Origin: Alphaproteobacteria bacterium
GTDB taxonomy: Bacteria; Pseudomonadota; Alphaproteobacteria; CADEGL01
Assembly (NCBI GenBank): GCA_041484095.1
Contig: JBGPGW010000003.1
Span: 1 to 36,274 of the forward strand
Length of the DNA: 36,274 bases
Reading direction: 5' to 3'
Shown here: piece after piece, positions 8,882 through 17,646 of the stretch
How the letters are laid out: every line of letters starts with the position of its first letter
Numbering within the stretch: the first letter of the stretch is position 1
Notes under the pieces: generated by a model
The model's input: the letters and a program-made list of their open reading frames with translations, nothing else
The model's database searches: none
What the model was told of the DNA's origin: nothing
Made by a program: the position numbers and the translations under genes

Positions 8882-9376
8882 TCAGGCTCCAACAACGGCT
8901 CTGCGCTCGCGGTCTGGCTCGGCCGGGGGCGAGGCAGGCGCGGTCATTTCCAACAGATTGCGCTTGATGCCGAGCAGCGTATCAATCAGACGCTCGCGCT
9001 CGGCCAAGGCGAGTCCGGCCAGCGCGTCTTTTTGCAATCCCGTCGAGATCGCGAACATTTCATCGATGATGGCTGCTGGCTTATCGGTGAGGTAAAGATG
9101 ATTCGCCCGGCGATCTTTCGGCGCGGGGCGGCGTTCGAGCCAGCCGGCCGTTTCCAGGCGATCCAGTAGGCGTGCAAGCGTGGCGCTTTCGATCTCCAGG
9201 ATATCGGCGAGTTCTGTTTGCGTGGCGCCCTGGTTTCTCGAGAGATGGGCGATCACACGCCATTGCGAACGCGTCAGGCCAAGGTGGCGCACGCGCCGAT
9301 TGTACTCGATGCGGAGCAAGCGGGACACGTCGTGAAGGAGGAAGCCGAAACTTCGATCGAGATTGCGGAGCGCCAT
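8882..9376 (-). CDS. MarR-family (SlyA-like) transcriptional regulator
   Basis: LGLTRSQW...TQTELADILEIESATLARLLDRLE..GWLER...DRRA winged helix. Confidence 0.9.
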   Translation of the reverse strand: MALRNLDRSFGFLLHDVSRLLRIEYNRRVRHLGLTRSQWRVIAHLSRNQGATQTELADILEIESATLARLLDRLETAGWLERRPAPKDRRANHLYLTDKPAAIIDEMFAISTGLQKDALAGLALAERERLIDTLLGIKRNLLEMTAPASPPAEPDRERRAVVGA

Positions 9377-9389
9377 GGGGCGATTTCTC

Positions 9390-9435
9390 TAAGCTGGCTA
9401 ACAATTAGCAATCTGAAATGTGCTTAGGCAACTAA
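9390..9435. promoter_or_regulatory. Three SlyA-type operator boxes (TTAG-N4-CTAA)
   Basis: TAAGCTGGCTAA (9390-9401), TTAGCAATCTGA (9405-9416) and TTAGGCAACTAA (9424-9435) just upstream of the MarR start. Confidence 0.65.
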
Positions 9436-9770
9436 ATTCGTCGAATCGTCTTTACCTGCCGGCCCAATGCTCCGGGTTGTGTCTGGCATCGGTGTCCGAT
9501 CGGCGCGTGCAATTGGTGCCGTCTGGGCGGCCCGGCCCGCGATCGGCCTTGGGGCCGGTTTCGCCATATCTGGACAAGTTTGATGGATTCCATAGGCTTG
9601 TGCTGCCATGGGTCATGCCGTTCGGGGCCCGGCTTAGGCGCCGCGGCGGGGGTGAGGTTTCTCTTGTCTCACGGCGGGTGCTGCCGTACGCCTTGGGGGC
9701 CGCGCGGGGCGGGGTTGCAGCGGGCTGTCCCATCCTCTCCTTATGCAGATCTCACGTGAAAGGAACGTCT

Positions 9771-10622
9771 ATGGTCCTGACCTTCGCTCGCCTCGGGCTG
9801 ACTGCTCTTATGCTGGCCGCGCCGATGGCAGCGCACGCCCAGTTTTTCTCGAAGAAGACGCCGGACGATCCGATCGCGGGCAGGGTCGATCGGGCGGTGA
9901 TTCATCGCTCGGATGTGACGACGGCCCAGCAGATGCTGCCGCCCCAGTACCGGTCCGCCCCGGTCGAGACCGTCTACCCCTTGCTTCTCGACGAGCTCGT
10001 GGATTCCAAGTTGATCATTGCCGAGGCGCGGAAGGATAGGCTGCAAAACGACCCCGACATCAAGCGCCGGCTTGCCTATCTCGAAGAGCAGCTTGTCAAA
10101 GATGCCTATTTGCGCCGGTATGTGCAGAAGACGCTGACAGACGAAATGCTCCGCAAGCGCTACGACGAGCTCGTGAAATCGCTGCCGCCGCAAGAGGAAG
10201 TTCGCGCACGCCACATCCTGGTCAAGACCAAGGCGGAGGCGGAGGCGATCATCAAGAAACTCAAGGCGGGAACGCCGTTCGAGAAGTTGGCCAAAGAGAA
10301 GTCGACCGATTCGACGGCGGCTTCGGGCGGTGATCTCGGCTATTTCGGGCGCACGCAGATGGTGGCGCCGTTCGCCAATGCCGCATTCAAGCTGAAGCCC
10401 GGCGAGATCACCGACACGCCGGTCGAAACGCAATACGGCTGGCATGTGATCAAAGTCGACGACAAGAGAAGTGCGCCCTTGCCGCCCTTCGAGGACGTGC
10501 GGGACCAGCTCGAGAATCAAATGTCGCGCGACGTCGTGCTCACCCTTCTCGGTGAGTTGCGCAAGAAGGCCAAGATCGAGCGCTTCAACTATGACGGAAC
10601 GCCGCGCCCGGCCGAGCAATAG
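9771..10622 (+). CDS. Periplasmic parvulin (PpiC/PrsA-type) peptidyl-prolyl isomerase
   Basis: Signal peptide (MVLTFARLGLTALMLAAPMAAHA); VRARHILV...GGDLGYF...MVAPF...TQYGWHVIKV; AAGGA RBS before the ATG at 9771. Confidence 0.9.
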   Translation: MVLTFARLGLTALMLAAPMAAHAQFFSKKTPDDPIAGRVDRAVIHRSDVTTAQQMLPPQYRSAPVETVYPLLLDELVDSKLIIAEARKDRLQNDPDIKRRLAYLEEQLVKDAYLRRYVQKTLTDEMLRKRYDELVKSLPPQEEVRARHILVKTKAEAEAIIKKLKAGTPFEKLAKEKSTDSTAASGGDLGYFGRTQMVAPFANAAFKLKPGEITDTPVETQYGWHVIKVDDKRSAPLPPFEDVRDQLENQMSRDVVLTLLGELRKKAKIERFNYDGTPRPAEQ

Positions 10623-10648
10623 GCGGCCGGGAGCGGTCGGCAGCAGAC

Positions 10649-10671
10649 GGTGGCGGCGCCAGGCCGCCACC
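10649..10671. terminator. Hairpin between convergent PPIase and flgH, possible bidirectional terminator
   Basis: GGTGGCGGC-GCCAG-GCCGCCACC, 9-bp stem; U-tails are poor. Confidence 0.35.
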
Positions 10672-10674
10672 CTC

Positions 10675-11442
10675 TTAGAACGGGAACAGGATGTCGTAAA
10701 TCTGCTGCATATAGCGCGGCTGCTGGACGTCGGTGATCTGGCCGCGGCCGCCGTAAGATATGCGCGCCTCGGCGACCTTGTCCGAGCTGATCGTGTTGCT
10801 CGAGAGGATATCTTCGGGCCGGATCACGCCGTTGATCATCAATTCGCGGACTTCGAAATTGACGCGCACTTCCTGGCGGCCGCTGATGACGAGGTTGCCG
10901 TTGGGAAGAATCTGCGTGACGACGGCCGCAACGCGCGTGGTGATCGATTCGTTGCGCTCGATGGTACCGGAGCCTTTGTTATTGCTGCCGCTTCCAACAT
11001 CGACGAGGTTAGACGGATTGACCGCCTCGGGGAGGAATGAATTGGCCTCCGATTCGTAACCGAGGAAGGAACTCGCGTTGGCCTTCTCGCCCATCGAGCG
11101 GCTGCGCTCCGTTGCGTTCTTGATGGAGCCGCTGTCGGAGATGTTGACCATGACGGTCAGGATGTCGCCGACCTTGCCGGCCCGCTGGTCCTTGAAGAAG
11201 GCGCGGGCGCCTGGCCGCCAGAGGGAGTTGGCCTGTTGCGACATGGACTGGGCCGCCGGCATGGGCATGCTCACCGGCTGATAATTGGGCATCGCGGTCG
11301 GATTTTGGACCGGGGTGAGGTCCGGTGCCTCGCCGACATTGGCAAGGCGATTCGCGATGTTGCATCCGTTGAGCGCGAGGGCACTGAGTGCCGCGGCGCC
11401 AAGGAGCGCCGTGCGGCGAGAGCGATTCATGGCATTCGACAT
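10675..11442 (-). CDS. flgH: Flagellar L-ring lipoprotein FlgH
   Basis: Lipobox LNGC; FFKDQRA.KVGDILTV; LPNGNLVISG; GVIRPEDI; AEARISYGGRG. Confidence 0.96.
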   Translation of the reverse strand: MSNAMNRSRRTALLGAAALSALALNGCNIANRLANVGEAPDLTPVQNPTAMPNYQPVSMPMPAAQSMSQQANSLWRPGARAFFKDQRAGKVGDILTVMVNISDSGSIKNATERSRSMGEKANASSFLGYESEANSFLPEAVNPSNLVDVGSGSNNKGSGTIERNESITTRVAAVVTQILPNGNLVISGRQEVRVNFEVRELMINGVIRPEDILSSNTISSDKVAEARISYGGRGQITDVQQPRYMQQIYDILFPF

Positions 11443-11453
11443 CGGCGCTATCC

Positions 11454-12395
11454 TTATTCGAGGTTGAGAAAGGCCGCTTGAATGATGACGGTGTCGGGCT
11501 TCGTCACTTGCGCCTCGACGACCTTCTTGCTGCGCGCGTTCATGACCCGGATCGATTCGCCGACGGCGCCATCATCGAGGGCCCGGCCCTGACTCGTGAG
11601 CGTCATGTAAGGCGTCTGAACCACCATGGTGACCAGGCTGCCTTTCTGAATGACAACGGGGGCCTGAAAATCGGCGGCGCGTAGGGCCTCTCCCGGCGAG
11701 AGTCCGCGCCGGGCGGCCTTGCCGACGATGCCCTCGGCGCGCGTGAGCGCATCCGGCGGGAAGTTCGCGGCGCGCAATCGGCTGATCTTGATGTCCTGCG
11801 CCTGTATGATCTCCCCGCGATTGATGCGCCGGGCAAGAACGGGCGCGTCCATGACGCGCACGGCCTGGCCGGAGATCGAAAGGGGGGCCGTCGAGCCGTC
11901 GCTCGCGACCGCGGCCAGCGCGGTGAATCGCTCGGACCGCTCATCGAAGCGGAAATCGCGAATTTCGACCGTCGGCGGCGTTCCGGCGGCGATGACCAGG
12001 CGCAGGTTGCGCGAATCAAGCTGGATGTCGTGGTTCGGGCCGATTCCGGCGCGGCTGAGCGTCTCCCGAAGCGCCGCCAGAATCTGGTCGGATTCGATCG
12101 TATGACTCGCCCGCTCGAGCACCACTTTGTCGAAGCGGCTGAACGGCCGCCAATCGAGCTGGTGAGTCCGCGCGATCTCGGAAAGAGCCGTGGCATCGAG
12201 CGTGAGCGACCGGCCGAGCGGCGGCGCCTGACCGACGGGGATGCTCGCCTTGTCCCCCACGTCGGCGAAAATATCGCCCAGGCGAATGACATTGCCGTTG
12301 ACGAACGAGAACGGCTTGGCCGAAGCCGTTCCCGCTTGGGCGGTGCCGGCGCCGAGAAGAAAGGCGAGGAGGACGAGGACGATTCGCGTCATCAC
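11454..12395 (-). CDS. flgA: P-ring formation chaperone FlgA
   Basis: Signal peptide; SAF domain; GRALDDGAVGESIRVMN..SKKVV; between flgG and flgH (start GTG 12395 or ATG 12392). Confidence 0.9.
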   Translation of the reverse strand: MMTRIVLVLLAFLLGAGTAQAGTASAKPFSFVNGNVIRLGDIFADVGDKASIPVGQAPPLGRSLTLDATALSEIARTHQLDWRPFSRFDKVVLERASHTIESDQILAALRETLSRAGIGPNHDIQLDSRNLRLVIAAGTPPTVEIRDFRFDERSERFTALAAVASDGSTAPLSISGQAVRVMDAPVLARRINRGEIIQAQDIKISRLRAANFPPDALTRAEGIVGKAARRGLSPGEALRAADFQAPVVIQKGSLVTMVVQTPYMTLTSQGRALDDGAVGESIRVMNARSKKVVEAQVTKPDTVIIQAAFLNLE

Positions 12396-12399
12396 GAGC

Positions 12400-13188
12400 C
12401 TACGCGCGGATCTGGTTGAGCTGCGACATCATTTGGTCCGATGCCTCGATGACTTTCGAATTCATCTCATAGGCGCGCTGCGCGGTGATCAGGTTCGTGA
12501 TTTCCTGCACGACGTTGACGTTCGACGTTTCGAGGAACCCCTGGAGAAGAGTCCCGAATCCCGTGCTGCCCGGTGCGCCCGTCTTGGGTGCGCCGGAGGC
12601 CGGTGTCTGGAGCAGGAGGTTGCCGCCGATCATCTGAAGGCCAGCCGGATTCGCGAAGTTCGCGAGGTCGAACGTGCCCACATTCTGCTCGGCGATCTGC
12701 CCGTCGATGTGCACGAGAACATCGCCGCCCGAGTTGATGGTGATCGACACCGCGTCGGGCGGAATTGCTATGCCGGGAAGAACGTTGTAGCCCTCGGCCG
12801 TGACGATGGTGCCGGTGGGGCTGAGCTGAAAGGAACCGGCGCGCGTGAAGGCCGTTTCGCCATTCGGGAGTGTCACCTGAAAATAGCCGTTTCCCTGAAC
12901 GGCGACATCGAGCGTGTTGTCGGTGGAGGCGAGGTTGCCCTGCGCGCTGATGCGATAGACGCCCGCGGCCTTGACGCCGAGGCCGAGCTGGATGCCGGTC
13001 GGGACGACCGTGCCGTTCGACGACGAACTCGAGCCGACGCGGCGCTGATTCTGGTACAGAAGATCCTGAAATTCAGCGCGCTGCCGCTTGTAGGACGTCG
13101 TGTTCACGTTGGCGATGTTGTTGGAGATCACTTCGACGTTGAGCTGCTGTGCGAGCATGCCTGTCGCTGCGATGCTGAGCGATCTCAT
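12400..13188 (-). CDS. flgG: Distal rod protein FlgG
   Basis: AATGMLAQQ...SNNIANVNT..YKR..AEFQDLLYQ; LETSNVNVVQE...QRAYEMNSK. Confidence 0.97.
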   Translation of the reverse strand: MRSLSIAATGMLAQQLNVEVISNNIANVNTTSYKRQRAEFQDLLYQNQRRVGSSSSSNGTVVPTGIQLGLGVKAAGVYRISAQGNLASTDNTLDVAVQGNGYFQVTLPNGETAFTRAGSFQLSPTGTIVTAEGYNVLPGIAIPPDAVSITINSGGDVLVHIDGQIAEQNVGTFDLANFANPAGLQMIGGNLLLQTPASGAPKTGAPGSTGFGTLLQGFLETSNVNVVQEITNLITAQRAYEMNSKVIEASDQMMSQLNQIRA

Positions 13189-13204
13189 GATGGGGTCCCT
13201 TTCG

Positions 13205-13927
13205 TTATGAGGCGTGAGTCAGCGTGTCGATGGACTTCAGAATGCGCTCGTGCTCGGCCTGGATCATCTGCTGGCTGTTCTCGTAACTGCGGAGCGCATT
13301 GATCATGTTGGCCGTCTCGATGATCGGCTGAACGTTCGACTCCTCGATCATGCCCTGAAGAACCTTCACGTCGGTCGCTGGAGATGGCGTCGCGTCGCTC
13401 CGGTACATGGTGTTGGAAATGAGGGCCAGAGTTTGTTCGTCATCGAATTGAACGACTTGGATGCGGCCGACCGTGCCGGTTTCGGTCGACACCGATCCGT
13501 CTTCCCCGATCTCGATCCGTCCCGCGCCCGTGGGGATCGTGATCGGATTGTCGCCTTCATCGAGCACAGGCAAGTTCGCGGCGTTTACCAGGCGGCCTTT
13601 GTCGTCGAGATGAAAGCGGCCATTGCGGGTGTAGTACGACTCGTCTTGTCCCTGAATGACGAAATAGCCATCGCCTTTGATCGCGACATCGAGCGGATTC
13701 TTTGTATCGGTGAGCGGGCCCTCGCTCGTTTCGCGAACGACCGCCGTGTCCTGAACGAAGGACATGCGCTGCGTGTCGTTGGCCCCCTTCGTGACAAATT
13801 CTGAGAAGAGGAGGCGCTGGCTCTTGTAGGCCGGAGTGGAGACGTTCGCGATGTTGTTCGCGATCACTTCCATTTGACGGCGCGTGGCCGACTGTCTCGA
13901 CAGCGAGATATAGGCTGCATTATCCAT
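13205..13927 (-). CDS. flgF: Proximal rod protein FlgF
   Basis: MDNAAYISLSRQ...ANNIANVSTPAYK; YTRNGRF; QGMIEESNV. Start at the ATG at 13927, downstream of the sigma54 promoter. Confidence 0.93.
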   Translation of the reverse strand: MDNAAYISLSRQSATRRQMEVIANNIANVSTPAYKSQRLLFSEFVTKGANDTQRMSFVQDTAVVRETSEGPLTDTKNPLDVAIKGDGYFVIQGQDESYYTRNGRFHLDDKGRLVNAANLPVLDEGDNPITIPTGAGRIEIGEDGSVSTETGTVGRIQVVQFDDEQTLALISNTMYRSDATPSPATDVKVLQGMIEESNVQPIIETANMINALRSYENSQQMIQAEHERILKSIDTLTHAS

Positions 13928-13978
13928 GGCGTACCAATCTGGCCCGGTTGTGGTTCCGACAGCAGTCGACACCCTCGT

Positions 13979-13994
13979 TGCAGATGCCGTGCCA
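13979..13994 (-). promoter_or_regulatory. Sigma54 promoter for flgF-flgG-flgA-flgH
   Basis: Minus strand TGGCACGGCATCTGCA = GG-N10-GC. Confidence 0.85.
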
Positions 13995-14066
13995 CCCGGT
14001 GATGCGCGCAGGGTCAATGGGTTAGAGCGTGCGGCGGCGTGCCTGCGCGATGGGCGCGTGGGTTTT

Positions 14067-14109
14067 GGGCAAATATTGCCGGGCACATCGTTCCGGGGCT
14101 CACGTTCCG
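14067..14109. promoter_or_regulatory. ftr-like (FlbD) element with degenerate tandem copies
   Basis: GGGCAAATATTGCCG (14067-14081), then GGGCACATCGTTCCG and GGGCTCACGTTCCG; about 100 bp upstream of the flgF sigma54 start. Confidence 0.6.
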
Positions 14110-14207
14110 CAAGGTCTTGTTAACCGGATACGGCTAACGTCGAGGCCTCAGATCCTGGGCAGTCGCCCCGGGGAACTGCATGACAATTGCTGACGGCGAG
14201 AAAGCGG

Positions 14208-14768
14208 ATGGCTGAAAAGACCAAAGACGCAGCACCTGGCGAGTCTGAAGGGGCCGACGTCGCCGAGGGCGAACAGAAGCCCCAAAAGCGCCGCTTGGCT
14301 GGGAAGACGATCGTTCTGTTCATCGTGCTGCCGGCCGTCCTGTTGATCGCGGGCGGCGCGGCGGGAGCCTATTACAGCGGTCTTCTCGGCCCGAATGCAC
14401 CGAATCCGGATGTACCGAGTCCAGCGCAGGTCGCCGAAGCGGAGGCCAAGGCCGCTCATCCGCCGCCGACATTCCTCGAGCTGCCGGACATCGTGGTGAA
14501 CCTGAGCTCGACCGGACGCAAGAGCACGTTCCTCAAGCTTAATGTGAGCCTGGAGATCGAAAGCGCCGAGGACGGCGGCAAATTGAAAGCTCTTACGCCC
14601 CGTATCGTGGACAGTTTTCAGGTCTATTTGCGTGATTTGCGGGTCGAAGATCTGCAGGGCTCCGAAGGCATCTATCGGGTGCGGGAGGAGCTGCTGCGCC
14701 GCGTCAACGCCGCCGCGGAGCCGGTAAAAGTCTCCGACGTCCTGTTTCGCGAATTGCTGGTTCAATAG
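14208..14768 (+). CDS. fliL: Flagellar basal body protein FliL
   Basis: Single TM; FLELPDIVVNL; PRIVDSFQVYLR.LRVEDLQGSEG.YR.REELL.R; VLFRELLVQ. Confidence 0.93.
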   Translation: MAEKTKDAAPGESEGADVAEGEQKPQKRRLAGKTIVLFIVLPAVLLIAGGAAGAYYSGLLGPNAPNPDVPSPAQVAEAEAKAAHPPPTFLELPDIVVNLSSTGRKSTFLKLNVSLEIESAEDGGKLKALTPRIVDSFQVYLRDLRVEDLQGSEGIYRVREELLRRVNAAAEPVKVSDVLFRELLVQ

Positions 14769-14776
14769 TCAACGAT

Positions 14777-15901
14777 ATGGCCGAAGCAACCGAGACCCAA
14801 AAGCCCGCCAGTGAGCTGAGCGAAGAAGAGCGCATGGCCGCCGAATGGGCGGCGCTCGCCGAAGACGAAAGTCCGGACGGGGCCGACCAAGCCGTCGACG
14901 CTGAACCCAACGCGGCGCCCGTTGGCGCCAGCACGCGCGTTCTCGATCAGACCGAAATCGACAGCCTGCTCGGCGTGCAGGGCGGCGGCGGTGATGCGGA
15001 GGGCAGCAAGGGCCTCGCCGCCATCCTCGACAGCGGCCACGTGTCCTATGAACGCCTTCCGATGCTGGAGGTCGTTTATGACCGCCTCGTGCGGTTGATG
15101 AGCACGAGCCTCCGCAATTTTACCTCCGATAACGTCGAGGTCTCGATCGACAACATCTTCTCGGTCCGGTTTGGAGAATACCTCAACACGATCCCACTGC
15201 CGGCCATGCTGGGGGTGTTCGAAGCGACGCAATGGCAGAACTACGGACTCATCTTCGTCGAGAGCTCGCTGATCTATTCGACCGTCGACGTGCTGCTCGG
15301 GGGGCGCCGCGGTGCCGCCTCGATGCGCATCGAAGGCCGCCCCTACACGACGATCGAGCGAAACCTCATCCAGCGCATGATCGGGGTGGTCCTGGCCGAT
15401 CTCACCGCCGCTTTCGAGCCGCTCTACCCGATCTCGTTCCGGTTCGATCGCCTGGAAACCAACCCGCGCTTCGCGACGATTGCGCGGCCCGGCAACGCGG
15501 CCATCGTCGCCAAGCTGCGTGTCGAGATGGAGGATCGCGGCGGCAGGCTGGAACTCGTGTTCCCGTACTCCACGCTGGAGCCCATTCGCAATCTGCTCTT
15601 GCAGATGTTCCTTGGCGAGAAGTTCGGTCACGATCCGATTTGGGAAGGACACTTGGCGACGGAGCTTTGGTACACGAACATCGATATCGAAGCGGTGCTC
15701 GATCAGCAGATGATGAAACTCAATGATTTGATCAATCTCGAAGTGGGTTCGCGCATTCTTTTCAACGCGCAGCCGAATAGCGAGGTCGAGCTCCGGTGCG
15801 GCGGGCAGCGCATGTTTGTCGGACATATGGGGCGCCGTCGAAGCAGCATCGCGGTTTGCATCGATCGCAAGATCGAAAAGCGGAGCGGAGACGCGGAATG
15901 A
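14777..15901 (+). CDS. fliM: Flagellar motor switch protein FliM
   Basis: RVLDQTEIDSLL CheY-binding peptide; YERLPMLEVVYDR; RLETNPRFA; C-terminal SPOA domain. Confidence 0.96.
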   Translation: MAEATETQKPASELSEEERMAAEWAALAEDESPDGADQAVDAEPNAAPVGASTRVLDQTEIDSLLGVQGGGGDAEGSKGLAAILDSGHVSYERLPMLEVVYDRLVRLMSTSLRNFTSDNVEVSIDNIFSVRFGEYLNTIPLPAMLGVFEATQWQNYGLIFVESSLIYSTVDVLLGGRRGAASMRIEGRPYTTIERNLIQRMIGVVLADLTAAFEPLYPISFRFDRLETNPRFATIARPGNAAIVAKLRVEMEDRGGRLELVFPYSTLEPIRNLLLQMFLGEKFGHDPIWEGHLATELWYTNIDIEAVLDQQMMKLNDLINLEVGSRILFNAQPNSEVELRCGGQRMFVGHMGRRRSSIAVCIDRKIEKRSGDAE

Positions 15902-16371
15902 TCACCATGATTCTCGATACGGTTATCGCCGTCTTGCTTGGTGTGACGATTCTCTACGCCATCCGTCTCGACCGTCGCCTCAAAACGCTTCGGCAAGGAC
16001 GCGGCGAGATGCAGGCGCTGCTTAACGGAATTCAAGAGATGACGACGCGCGCGGAGGCCGGGATCGCGCAATTCAAGACCGTGACGGTGGATGGCGCCGC
16101 CGAACTGCAGGCGAGGGTCCGCTCCGCGGACGTGCTTCGAAGCGATCTGGCCATGCTGATCGAGCGAGCGGAACGCATGGCCGAACGCCTTCAGGAGGCG
16201 ACCCGCCCGGCGCGCGCAGGACAACTCAGCGAGATGACGCCATCGGTGGCCGAGAGAACGTCGGCGGCGGCACGGACGCAACGCCCGCGCGCGGCCAATC
16301 TGTCGGCGGTCGAACCGGAGGAGGCGCCCGTCGAAACCGCCTTTGTCAAAGCGCTGCGTCGAGCGCGCTAG
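15898..16371 (+). CDS. Membrane-anchored coiled-coil protein (DUF6468-like)
   Basis: ATGA overlap with fliM; N-terminal TM (ILDTVIAVLLGVTILYAI) then LDRRL..LR coiled coil; family assigned from recall of the conserved gene after fliM. Confidence 0.65.
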   Translation: MITMILDTVIAVLLGVTILYAIRLDRRLKTLRQGRGEMQALLNGIQEMTTRAEAGIAQFKTVTVDGAAELQARVRSADVLRSDLAMLIERAERMAERLQEATRPARAGQLSEMTPSVAERTSAAARTQRPRAANLSAVEPEEAPVETAFVKALRRAR

Positions 16372-16384
16372 GGGCATCCCCGTC

Positions 16385-17152
16385 ATGAAGCCTCGGCTGC
16401 GTCTCTTACCGGCGGTCGTCATCGCGGGCGTGCTCGTCCTGCCGCTGCGTCTGGGCGATATCGTGCGTGGAATGTCGTTGAGCATCGATGCCGGACGGAG
16501 CGCGGCTGCGCAAACGGCCCGTCCGGGCGGCACCAGTGCGGCAGGGGCCCAGGACCAGCCGTCCAAGGCCGAACCGTCCAAGAGCGCAAAGGCCGAGCCG
16601 GCGCCCGGCCCGAACACGCCATCTTCGAAGCCCGGTCCCGCTAAGGGAGAAGCGAACCCCGCCACGGAGGCCGCCGCCGGCCCGGCCCATGCCGCTCCGG
16701 CATCATCTCTGCCCCCCAAAGGCGATCCGCTCAGCATGAGCGAGGCCGAGATCGAGGTGCTGCAGAATCTCGCCGCGCGACGTGCCGCGCTCGATACGCG
16801 AGCCCAGGAGCTCGAACTTCGGGAAAATGTGCTGAAGGCCACCGAACAGCGCTTGCAGGAGCGCCTCAAGGAGCTTGATGCGATCAAGACAGATCTGGAG
16901 GCGCGCCTCAAGGTCCAGGAGGATTTTGATGCCACGCGCCTCAAAAGCCTCATCAAAGTCTATGAAACGATGAAACCCAAGGAGGCCGCGCGCATCTTCG
17001 AGCAGCTCGATACCGAGGTTCTCATCCAGTTTTTCGAGCACATGAAGGAGCAGAAAACCGCGCCGATCCTGGCCGCCATGGACCCCTCGAAGGCCCAGAA
17101 AATCACCGCCGAACTTGCGGCAAGACGTCAGCCCCTGCGCCCGAAGAGCTAA
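16385..17152 (+). CDS. motE: MotE/FlbB-family protein (MgtE N-terminal-like domain)
   Basis: TM, Pro/Ala linker, coiled coil, LIKVYETMKPKEAARIFEQLD...ILAAMDP.KA..IT. Confidence 0.8.
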   Translation: MKPRLRLLPAVVIAGVLVLPLRLGDIVRGMSLSIDAGRSAAAQTARPGGTSAAGAQDQPSKAEPSKSAKAEPAPGPNTPSSKPGPAKGEANPATEAAAGPAHAAPASSLPPKGDPLSMSEAEIEVLQNLAARRAALDTRAQELELRENVLKATEQRLQERLKELDAIKTDLEARLKVQEDFDATRLKSLIKVYETMKPKEAARIFEQLDTEVLIQFFEHMKEQKTAPILAAMDPSKAQKITAELAARRQPLRPKS

Positions 17153-17162
17153 TTCCGCCCTA

Positions 17163-17178
17163 TTAAGTCAGCTTTAAC
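17163..17178 (+). promoter_or_regulatory. CtrA box upstream of cheY
   Basis: TTAA-GTCAGCT-TTAAC, exact TTAA-N7-TTAAC consensus. Confidence 0.8.
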
Positions 17179-17242
17179 CGACCTGGATTATTGATGGGTC
17201 GTCTCCACGCCTGTCAGCGAAGGAATGTGAAGGAGAGTTCTT

Positions 17243-17629
17243 ATGGCCGTCGACCTAAACATGCCGATTCTGATCGTGGATGACTACAAGACGATGCTCC
17301 GTATCATCCGGAACCTCTTGAAGCAGTTGGGCTTCGACAATGTCGACGAAGCGACCGATGGCAGCACCGCGTTGCACAAGCTGCGGGACAAGAAGTATTC
17401 GCTCATCATCTCCGACTGGAACATGGAGCCGATGACGGGCTTGCAGCTCCTCAAGGAAGTGCGCAGCGACACGAAATTGAAGGAACTGCCGTTCATCATG
17501 GTCACGGCCGAAAGCAAGACGGACAACGTGGTCGCGGCCAAGGAGGCCGGCGTCAGCAACTACATCGTGAAGCCCTTCAACGCGGCGACGCTGAAGACCA
17601 AATTATCGTCCGTTCTCGGCGAATTCTGA
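17243..17629 (+). CDS. cheY: Chemotaxis response regulator CheY
   Basis: ILIVDD, SDWNMEPMTG (phospho-Asp), MVTAE, YIVKPF; AAGGAG RBS. Confidence 0.95.
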   Translation: MAVDLNMPILIVDDYKTMLRIIRNLLKQLGFDNVDEATDGSTALHKLRDKKYSLIISDWNMEPMTGLQLLKEVRSDTKLKELPFIMVTAESKTDNVVAAKEAGVSNYIVKPFNAATLKTKLSSVLGEF

Positions 17630-17646
17630 TCTTTGGGGCGCCCGAC

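Noticed and set aside
9420-9770. N-terminal extension of the PPIase ORF, or an sRNA in the marR-PPIase gap
   Set aside because: The signal peptide and RBS place the start at 9771; no convincing RNA structure or known motif seen
14120-14138. Full CtrA box upstream of fliL
   Set aside because: TTAA and CTAAC are 10 nt apart rather than 7; only a half-site can be supported
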